DNA of 43,277 nt, from the IMG/VR virus record IMGVR_UViG_3300033146_003420, positions 1 to 43,277 of that record. One strand, 5' to 3'. Shown here piece by piece: positions 35,833 through 43,277 of the stretch. The position numbers and the translations under genes are program-made. Numbering within the stretch: the stretch's first letter is position 1; the number at the start of each line of letters is the position of its first letter. Origin of the DNA: a virus. Lineage: Duplodnaviria; Caudoviricetes. The notes under the pieces are model-generated. The model did no database searches and was not told where the DNA came from. It worked only from the letters and a program-made list of their open reading frames with translations.

Positions 35833-36837
35833 ATGGCTAAAGCAGTACCATACAACGTCTTAGCTGCAGCAAATGCTATCGATAAATCAGTTCAAAAGTA
35901 TTTCCTAAAAGAAGCTAATCCGGATTTACAGTTTAAAAAGTATTTTAACTTTAGAACTACAACTGATTATTACGAAAAGGATGCTGGAGTTTCAGGACTT
36001 TCTGAGGCTTCTTTTACAGCGGAGAATGCGACCATCAAAAAAGATGTTCCAATCGAAACTTATAAGAAAACTTATACTCAGGAACAAATCGATATCGAAG
36101 CTCCATTTACTTATTTAAATTGGAAATTTGCTATCAAAAAAAGAGATGTTACTAACATCGTAAAACAAATTGAAAATGCTCTAAACAGAAAGAAAGAAAA
36201 GTTATGTGCTGAGCGGTTGATTAATGGTTTTGTTACTTCTTATACTCATCAAGATTTATTGAGTGGAAATAGAACTATTACAACTACAGGTGGTGATTCT
36301 TTAGAAGCTTTCACTACTGCACATACAAGAGAAGATGGTGGAACTAATATGAACAATGTTGTTTATGATGGAACTACTTATTCTTTACCTTTCGACTACG
36401 CTGGATACAAAGCTGCAATCAGAACTGCCGCATTGTTCGTAGACCCTCGTGGTAATCCTATGCCTGGAAACCTTAATTTGCTTATTTGTAAAAGAGGTTC
36501 AAGTGTTTCTTTTAAAGCTAAAGAAATTCTTGCGGCAATTAAAAAAGGAACTATCCCTGAAAGTAACAACAACGATGGAGCTGGAGTGCCAGCATTTGAG
36601 ATTTTAGAATTAGATTATCTTACATCAGATACAGCTTGGTATATGACAGATAAATCTATGATGAATGATCAATATGGATTCCAATGGATTGAATCAGAAG
36701 CTAACAATGTTGACCCTGTTCATGTAAACCCTTACACAAGGGCTTTATCTTGGTTCGGACATTATCTTGCTGACTTAGGTCACAACGATGTTGCTCGTTC
36801 TTGGGTTGCTAGTGCAGGAGATTCAGCAACAACTTAA
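35833..36837 (+). CDS. Major capsid protein
   Basis: 334 aa in the position after the scaffold; size and motifs (AIRTAALFVDPRGNP, YLTSDTAWY) fit HK97-fold capsids. Confidence 0.85.
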   Translation: MAKAVPYNVLAAANAIDKSVQKYFLKEANPDLQFKKYFNFRTTTDYYEKDAGVSGLSEASFTAENATIKKDVPIETYKKTYTQEQIDIEAPFTYLNWKFAIKKRDVTNIVKQIENALNRKKEKLCAERLINGFVTSYTHQDLLSGNRTITTTGGDSLEAFTTAHTREDGGTNMNNVVYDGTTYSLPFDYAGYKAAIRTAALFVDPRGNPMPGNLNLLICKRGSSVSFKAKEILAAIKKGTIPESNNNDGAGVPAFEILELDYLTSDTAWYMTDKSMMNDQYGFQWIESEANNVDPVHVNPYTRALSWFGHYLADLGHNDVARSWVASAGDSATT

Positions 36838-36913
36838 ATAATTTGTAACTGGGCGGTGGCGAATAGTGGGTGAGCTTTTAGCAATATTCTATACAACCTC
36901 CGCCCCCAAATGA

Positions 36914-37375
36914 GATAAGAGTACAATAAAAGGAAATCAATTTTCAAGTCCTGGAAATATTAACTTAAAACTTGGTATTTTAAGATTTGATGTTGAAAAA
37001 TCAGCCAACCCCTTAACTAACGATGATGAGGGTTGTGGTTTATATGTAAATGATTCTGATGAACTTGTATTCTGGAACAAAGCTTCAGCTTTGGTTATTA
37101 GTCCAGGAAGTGGTTTTACAATTCCAGACGGTGATTTAACAGTAACTGACGGTGATGCGACTTTAACAAAAGGCGATTTAACATTGACTGATGGGGATAT
37201 TGTCTTAACGGCTAATTCTTCGTTGATTACATTCACAGGAACAGGTGCTAACGGAGGTGTTATTTCTAACCTTAAAAATGCTGCAGCTAGTGCTTTGTCA
37301 GGAACTCAAAAAGATGTTGAAATTGACATTGGCGGAACTGCTTACCATTTTACAGTTTATCCAACAAAAGCTTAA
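36914..37375 (+). CDS. Putative virion protein; open frame with no ATG/GTG/TTG at its 5' end
   Basis: Frame open from 36914 (DKSTIKGNQFSSPGNINLKLGILRFD...), 59 codons upstream of the TTG used by the track; DGDLTLT-type repeats. Confidence 0.6.
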   Translation, partial: DKSTIKGNQFSSPGNINLKLGILRFDVEKSANPLTNDDEGCGLYVNDSDELVFWNKASALVISPGSGFTIPDGDLTVTDGDATLTKGDLTLTDGDIVLTANSSLITFTGTGANGGVISNLKNAAASALSGTQKDVEIDIGGTAYHFTVYPTKA

Positions 37376-37389
37376 ATTGAAATATTTTT

Positions 37390-37412
37390 CAGAGGATTAA
37401 TTTAATCCTCTG
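37390..37412. other. Short hairpin after the post-capsid gene
   Basis: CAGAGGATTAA-T-TTAATCCTCTG. Confidence 0.45.
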
Positions 37413-37589
37413 TGTAAATAATTTAATAATAAAATTATATGACGTTTCAAGAATACGAAAAATTACCTTTAGACAGGAAGATGGAAACTTTGAACAAAAT
37501 AAATAAAGGTGAAATAATAATCAAAAAAGAGGACGAAGAATTTTTAAAAGGATTTAAAAAAATGTTTAATTAAAATAATATAAAAAAAT

Positions 37590-37913
37590 ATGTTTGAAAA
37601 CAATTTGCTTACAGCTAGCATAGACATTTCTTCTAGTGGAGATAATACAATTATAGCTGCACCATCTGAAGGTTACATCGCGATAGATCACATTAACTTT
37701 TTACCTACTTCAGATGTTGGGATTCAATTAAAAAGTGGTTCAGATGATTATGGTGCAGATTACCCATTAGATGCAAAACAAGCTTTTACACTTGATAATG
37801 CCATGAAAAGTCAAAAAGGTGTTATTACTTGTGGAAGCAAAGAAGCTTTTATTATGGAATTAAGTGATGCAGTTCAAGTTAGTGGATTTGTTCGGTATCG
37901 TGTAGTAGTTTAA
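37590..37913 (+). CDS. Small beta-rich putative virion protein
   Basis: 107 aa beta-sandwich-like sequence. Confidence 0.6.
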   Translation: MFENNLLTASIDISSSGDNTIIAAPSEGYIAIDHINFLPTSDVGIQLKSGSDDYGADYPLDAKQAFTLDNAMKSQKGVITCGSKEAFIMELSDAVQVSGFVRYRVVV

Positions 37914-37914
37914 T

Positions 37915-38796
37915 ATGTCTAACATCAAAAAACAAAAGAAAATAAAAACTTTAGAAGAGCAAACAAAATCTTTAAATACGGAAGTTGCCAGAATTGACAA
38001 AAAGAAAGAATTGTCTAAGAAGGAGTTGGCTAACAAAAAAGATGAGTTTAATGTTTTTTGTAGTGAAATTAAAGTGAAAAAGGAAAGACTAAAAAACGAA
38101 AAAGAAGAATTGGAGAAAGGGTTAGGGCAAATTAAATTCCACAAAGAAAAATATTTAAATGAAAAAAAAGATGTTGAAAATTCAATAAATTTTAATAAAA
38201 ATAAGTTATCAGCAATCAAGAAAGAGTTTAATTCTCTTGAGAAAAAATTAAATAAATTAGATTTAAAGCATAATTCTAAATTGAAAAAAATTGAAAAGTT
38301 GAACAATGAATCAGCTAAAACTTATTCTGGTTTGAAAAATAAAGAAAAAGACTTAAATGATTTTCTATTAAAAAATAAATCGAAAGAAAAAGAATTAATT
38401 AACAATGAAACAATTCAAAAAAAGAAAGCTGAAGTGTTGCTAGAAAAAGAAGCAAAATTAAATGAAAGAAGAGTTGTGTTGTTAGGCGTTGAAAGGGTTT
38501 TAAGAAATCAAACTAAAGCTTTGAAAGGTAAGAAAGTAAAATTTGCTAAAGATGTTTTTGCTTATGATAAAAACATTTCAGATTTTTATAAAGAGAAGAA
38601 TGAATTTGAAAATAGAAAAATTAATTTAATTATAAGGGAAGACGATTTGATTAAAAAAGAAGAATTGTTTGAAAAAAATAATAAAAATTTAACTTTAAGG
38701 GAAAGAAATTTTGAATTGAAAAAAATTGAAGTTGAATCAAAAGCTAAAGAATTAAAAATAATGGCAAAAAAGTATAATGCCGATAATTTAAAATAA
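37915..38796 (+). CDS. Lys/Glu-rich coiled-coil protein
   Basis: 293 aa, continuous heptad-like pattern. Confidence 0.7.
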   Translation: MSNIKKQKKIKTLEEQTKSLNTEVARIDKKKELSKKELANKKDEFNVFCSEIKVKKERLKNEKEELEKGLGQIKFHKEKYLNEKKDVENSINFNKNKLSAIKKEFNSLEKKLNKLDLKHNSKLKKIEKLNNESAKTYSGLKNKEKDLNDFLLKNKSKEKELINNETIQKKKAEVLLEKEAKLNERRVVLLGVERVLRNQTKALKGKKVKFAKDVFAYDKNISDFYKEKNEFENRKINLIIREDDLIKKEELFEKNNKNLTLRERNFELKKIEVESKAKELKIMAKKYNADNLK

Positions 38797-38797
38797 T

Positions 38798-39043
38798 ATG
38801 GGAGGTATAGCTGGAGGCGACAATGAAATAAAACAATTAGCTAATAGTGGCGGTATTACTATTGACCCATCCACAGAAGAAAAGCAAGATGATATTATTG
38901 ACGAACTTCAAAGTGCAGAAAACAAACAAAATGTTTCTCAAGATTTATTAGAAAAAATTTTATTAGAATTAAAAATAATTAATATACATTTGCAATCAAT
39001 GACAGATGAAGATGTCTCGGATGCTGATGTAACTAAAAGATAA
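38798..39043 (+). CDS. Hypothetical protein
   Basis: 81-aa ORF, tightly coupled. Confidence 0.6.
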   Translation: MGGIAGGDNEIKQLANSGGITIDPSTEEKQDDIIDELQSAENKQNVSQDLLEKILLELKIINIHLQSMTDEDVSDADVTKR

Positions 39044-39047
39044 AAAT

Positions 39048-39593
39048 ATGTTTATAGAAAGTCCGACCACTGGTCGTAAAGCAGAAGTAAATGAGGAGAA
39101 TAGGTTCAAAGTCGAATGTATCTCTATTAGTTCTGCCCACCACGTTAATCACCACGAGAAAGAAGCTTATAGTTTTAAGCTAGACATTACTCCAACAGGA
39201 GCAGGCGATTGTATTGGGTATATTAAAAACAATTCTGATAAGGATATGATAATTGATATGGTTATTGCAGCAGTTGGTTCAGATGAAACTATTATTGTGA
39301 AAATAGGAGATGAAGGAACTCCAATCGGAGGTTCTGCAGTATCTTTAACAAATCTAAATGCAGGAGCAGGAAATATAGCTGATGTAACTGCTGAGGCTGG
39401 AGTAGATATTACTGGATTAGCAGGTGGCGATATTGCTATGGGTTTTTTTGTAAAAGGAGGAGAGTCAAGTAAACAATTTCCAGTAGCACCTTCTTTTATT
39501 ATCCCTAAAAATCAAATAATTAGTTTTTACGTTAAAACAGGAGCAATTTCAGTTTTAGCAGGAGTATTAGTAACATTTCATAATCACGCTTAA
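39048..39593 (+). CDS. Putative virion structural protein
   Basis: 181 aa, G/A/V/I-rich beta sequence. Confidence 0.6.
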   Translation: MFIESPTTGRKAEVNEENRFKVECISISSAHHVNHHEKEAYSFKLDITPTGAGDCIGYIKNNSDKDMIIDMVIAAVGSDETIIVKIGDEGTPIGGSAVSLTNLNAGAGNIADVTAEAGVDITGLAGGDIAMGFFVKGGESSKQFPVAPSFIIPKNQIISFYVKTGAISVLAGVLVTFHNHA

Positions 39594-39604
39594 ATTAGAA
39601 AAAT

Positions 39605-40879
39605 ATGCCAGTACAAATGCAAATAAAAGACCCTAAAAATGGGATGGTGGCGGAAGTCGTCAATCATAGCGAGCAAAATGCTTTATGCGTTGCCACTAGG
39701 GAATTAAAAACATACGACAATAAACAGCAGTTTTTTTCAAATGAAATCTATGGTTCTCAAATGAATGTTGCTGTCGAGTTTTCTGGCACTCCTATAAATG
39801 TACATAATGGATTAGATAAAATCCAGTGGACAGCTACAGCTATTGTTGGTGGCAATCATTGGGACCCAGACGATAATAATCACCACGCAAAAGATGCTGT
39901 CATAAATATTCTTGATTATTCTGATTTATCAGGAGAAACTATAACAATAAGTGTTAATGAAGTAGTTACAGTTGTCACGGAAGGAGCAGACTATAATGCC
40001 GTAATTTCTAATGAACAAACAGCAATTAATTTAGCGGCTTTTATGACAAATATCACAGGAATTGGAGCGACAGCAGATGGAGCAGTTGTTACTTTATTAG
40101 CTGATGATAATTACGACATTGGTGCAGATGTTGATTTAGCTAATTATTCGGCTTTGACTGGTTGGATTTATATTACTAAATGGTTACCGACTGATATTAA
40201 AGAAGTAGAAATTGAATTATGGCAAAATGGAGTTATAGCAGAGGGTACACAAAAAGTTGGTTTAGGCAATTATATAGATACAACACTGCTTAATCAATGG
40301 CAAAAATTCACAATCCCTTTAGGAAGTTTTAACGGTGTTGATTCAATAATAGATAGTTTTAGAATAAGAAGTGTAGATATTGGAGCAGGACAGCCAAATG
40401 ATTATTATCTTGATTTTTTACAAATTCAAGAAATAGGAACTCCACAGGAATACAGAATTAGACCCAATAAAGACACTTGGCTACATATAGAAAATTTTAT
40501 GTTTTCTATTGCTAATAGTGTAGCTAGCACAGTTGCAGACGGTACAGTTGCAGGTTTTGATTATAATTCATTTCTTGGAGCAACACTAGGTTCAGGAATA
40601 GTTTACCAGCGAATACAAAATGGGGAAGTAATATCCTCATCCGTAATTAAAACACTAGCAGATTGGTTGTCGTTGCCAGAAACAAAAGTTTCTAGCCAAA
40701 TGAGTAATGGAACAAACAGTTTTATCACTATGAGAGGAGACTTTACTGATGCAATAATTTTAAAAGCAGAAGATAATGATGAATTAAGAATTATAGTAAG
40801 TGAAGATTTAAGTAGTTTATTACATCTCAAAATAAGTGCTGGATGTAAAGAGGAAGATAGATATAATATAAATAATTAA
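39605..40879 (+). CDS. Putative virion protein with carbohydrate-binding-like beta-sandwich
   Basis: 424 aa; NQWQKFTIPLGSF...YYLDFLQI resembles CBM-type strands. Confidence 0.55.
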   Translation: MPVQMQIKDPKNGMVAEVVNHSEQNALCVATRELKTYDNKQQFFSNEIYGSQMNVAVEFSGTPINVHNGLDKIQWTATAIVGGNHWDPDDNNHHAKDAVINILDYSDLSGETITISVNEVVTVVTEGADYNAVISNEQTAINLAAFMTNITGIGATADGAVVTLLADDNYDIGADVDLANYSALTGWIYITKWLPTDIKEVEIELWQNGVIAEGTQKVGLGNYIDTTLLNQWQKFTIPLGSFNGVDSIIDSFRIRSVDIGAGQPNDYYLDFLQIQEIGTPQEYRIRPNKDTWLHIENFMFSIANSVASTVADGTVAGFDYNSFLGATLGSGIVYQRIQNGEVISSSVIKTLADWLSLPETKVSSQMSNGTNSFITMRGDFTDAIILKAEDNDELRIIVSEDLSSLLHLKISAGCKEEDRYNINN

Positions 40880-40892
40880 TATAATAAAAACT

Positions 40893-43019
40893 ATGAAAAA
40901 ATTTATAAACAAACATTTGGAAGTAATAGTAATTTCTTTTTTGATTTTATTATCTTTGGGCGGTTACTTTTTCCCAAAAGTAGAAAGTATTTTCGGTTCT
41001 AATATTAGCAGAGGAAGACCAACAGTTTCAAGCATTTCTTTGGCTGAAGGAAATTTGATGGTAGGAAACCCTTCGGGAAAAGGTTCTGCAACTTCTTCAA
41101 TTTATATTGACACTGACGGTAATGTAGGAATCGGAACAACTTCACCTCAATACGAATTAGATGTAAACGGCTTCACAAACACAAAATCAATCCACGAAGT
41201 CTCACAAGAAGGCTTAGTTCTTGGAATGAACTTCAACACTGAAACCTTAACAGGAAGTGCAGGAAGTGAAACAGTCTTAGATAGTTCAGGATATAACAAT
41301 CACGGTACTAATTCAGGAGCAACAGCAACAAGCACAGGAGGATTTAATGGTGGTGGTGCTTTTAGTTTTGATGGGGTGGATGATTATGTGAATGTACCAA
41401 GTAATACTTCCCTGAATGCTTTAAACGATAAACAAACTTGGAGTTTTTGGGTTAAAGCTAATAATCTTACTGGGGACAACAAGGCAATTCTTTCAAATAG
41501 AGGAACAGGTGCTTTTATATATATTTCTCAGGCTTCGGGTAGTAATAATTTTAAATTTAGAATCAACGATGGAACTACGGATACATCAAAATGGGATGTA
41601 TCAGTCTCTGATATAACAGCTTGGAATTATATCACTTTAACAATAAATGGATTCAATTCAACTGGTGCTAAAATTTATACGAATGGAGAATTTAATTCTT
41701 ATATTGATATTTCAACTTTAACCTCTTTAGCTAATACAAACGGAATAAAAATAGGTGAACAATCAACAATTTACTTCGACGGTTCAATAGACAATGTCCA
41801 AATCTACAACAGAGCCTTATCAGCAGACGAAATTAAAGCACTTTATCTTCAAAGAGCAGAAGTTCAAGATAGCTATGTAAATCAGAAAGATGTGTTAGTG
41901 AATAGTGACGGAAAAGTAACAATCGCAGAAGATTTAACATTATCAGACGGTTTAACTCTTGGAGGAGTTAGAAGAACAACATTCCCAACAGGTTCAGGTT
42001 CAGGAGCTTTCACAGACGGAGGAACTTTTGCTTATTATAATGGTGGTAATGTAGGGATTGGAGAGAGTACTCCGACAAGTAAATTAGATGTGGTACAAAC
42101 AGGAAACACATCAGGATTAAGTGTTTTTAGTAATGTGAATGCTGATGCTACGGAATCTCTTGTTACAATACGAGCAAATAATTCAGCATTTGATGTTCCA
42201 GTTTTAGATTTATTAAATTATGGTACTAATAGAACTGCTGGTGTTTTTACTAAAGGTTTATTAGCTTTAGGGGAAGAGGGGCTTTATGTTCTTAATGACG
42301 CAGTAGCACAAACAGCAGGCGATGCTATAGCTCATTTTATAGATACAAAGACTGGTTCAACTATACCCCTATTAAAACTTACTCAAGCAGGAACTGGAAA
42401 CGCTTTATTAATTGACCAAAACGGTAATGGTGTAGCACTAAATATAGAAAACGCAGGTACAGGAAACTACATAACAGCAGGTAACTTTGTAGTAGAGAAA
42501 AGTGGCAATGTAGGAATAGGGACTGATAGTCCTGGCGAAAAACTAGAAGTAGTCGGTAATTTAGAAGTAGAAGGAGCTATAAAATATAAAGCCTCTATCG
42601 ATGACTATATTATTAATGAAAATTCTCCTTATATTTATACTTCTAAAACAGGGGGAAGCGGAACTTATCCATTTAATTCTTTTGGTCATTTAATAATACA
42701 AACAAGAACATCCACTAATGAAAGAGATATAATATTTGCCAATGCTTTAAATTCTACAGAAACTACAGCAAGAATGGTTATTAAAGGAATAACTGGTAAT
42801 GTAGGAATAGGAGTAACAGACCCATCAGAAAAACTTGAAGTAGACGGTGCTATCACTCAAAGAGAACTATCAGCAGACCCAGCAGACCCAGATGAAGGAA
42901 GTTCAGTTACTTGGCAATCAGACGGAACAGGCTCAGGGGATGATGGAGATATAATGGTAAAATTGACCGTGGGGGGAGTAACCAAAATAACAACATTAAT
43001 AGACTTTTCAGCACTATAA
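40893..43019 (+). CDS. Fibre-like protein with N-terminal TM/signal segment, LamG domain and GNVGIG repeats
   Basis: VIVISFLILLSLGGYFF; LDSSGYNNHGT...FDGVDDYV...FDGSIDNVQIYNRALSADEI; four GNVGIG repeats. Confidence 0.8.
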   Translation: MKKFINKHLEVIVISFLILLSLGGYFFPKVESIFGSNISRGRPTVSSISLAEGNLMVGNPSGKGSATSSIYIDTDGNVGIGTTSPQYELDVNGFTNTKSIHEVSQEGLVLGMNFNTETLTGSAGSETVLDSSGYNNHGTNSGATATSTGGFNGGGAFSFDGVDDYVNVPSNTSLNALNDKQTWSFWVKANNLTGDNKAILSNRGTGAFIYISQASGSNNFKFRINDGTTDTSKWDVSVSDITAWNYITLTINGFNSTGAKIYTNGEFNSYIDISTLTSLANTNGIKIGEQSTIYFDGSIDNVQIYNRALSADEIKALYLQRAEVQDSYVNQKDVLVNSDGKVTIAEDLTLSDGLTLGGVRRTTFPTGSGSGAFTDGGTFAYYNGGNVGIGESTPTSKLDVVQTGNTSGLSVFSNVNADATESLVTIRANNSAFDVPVLDLLNYGTNRTAGVFTKGLLALGEEGLYVLNDAVAQTAGDAIAHFIDTKTGSTIPLLKLTQAGTGNALLIDQNGNGVALNIENAGTGNYITAGNFVVEKSGNVGIGTDSPGEKLEVVGNLEVEGAIKYKASIDDYIINENSPYIYTSKTGGSGTYPFNSFGHLIIQTRTSTNERDIIFANALNSTETTARMVIKGITGNVGIGVTDPSEKLEVDGAITQRELSADPADPDEGSSVTWQSDGTGSGDDGDIMVKLTVGGVTKITTLIDFSAL

Positions 43020-43119
43020 AATATGAAATACTTATTAGAAATAACATCAAGCTTATTATTAATTATAATTATCTCACCACTTATCGTTTTTGGTAATTGG
43101 TTAGAAAAATAAAAACAAT

Positions 43120-43277
43120 ATGATAATCAAAGAAATTCCACAAAGTGGAGAAACAAGATATTTTAAATTAATTCAAACTGAAATTGTAAAAGATGTAAAT
43201 GGTAATGAAGTTGAAGTTGAAGCAGGTTCACGGAAAGTCCATTTACAAGAATTAAAAGAAGCAAAAACCTATGCTCT
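43120..43277 (+). CDS. 5' part of the junction-spanning ORF
   Basis: ATG at 43120 (MIIKEIPQSGETRYFKLIQ...) continues into nt 115-385. Confidence 0.8.
   Translation, partial: MIIKEIPQSGETRYFKLIQTEIVKDVNGNEVEVEAGSRKVHLQELKEAKTYA
43164..43277. repeat. Terminal direct repeat, copy 2
   Basis: Identical to 1-114. Confidence 0.97.

Noticed and set aside
40893-43019. Diversity-generating retroelement target
   Set aside because: No reverse transcriptase and no template/variable repeat pair seen.
1-43277. Stop-codon reassignment (TGA or TAG read as sense)
   Set aside because: Long genes are intact under the standard code and tile the genome. TGA (4681) and TAG (13905) end genes at sensible boundaries.

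Overview
This looks like a complete, circularly assembled, AT-rich dsDNA tailed phage genome of about 43.16 kb: the first 114 bp recur exactly at 43164-43277. The architecture is podovirus-like and the genetic code appears standard. The + strand late arm (27.8 kb through the junction to 13.9 kb) runs TerS, TerL, portal, scaffold, capsid, accessory virion proteins, a membrane-anchored LamG fibre, lysis-type genes, adaptor, nozzle, tailspike and three ejection-type proteins. One of those carries a CHAP amidase; the 1320-aa one carries a zeta-toxin-like P-loop kinase behind an apparent internal promoter. The - strand early arm (27.3 to 14.0 kb) has a replication initiator with iterons, a coupled ParB-like / SPL-type radical SAM / fold-type-II PLP enzyme trio (candidate undescribed DNA-modification system), ERF plus YqaJ recombination genes, Nin/HNH genes, an atypical tRNA-Leu(GAG) and many structured intergenic RNA candidates. 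Most genes lack Shine-Dalgarno sites. I recognised no integrase, repressor, DNA polymerase or CRISPR array. A Patescibacteria- or Bacteroidota-type host is an inference only. All protein calls come from motif recognition by eye, not database searches.
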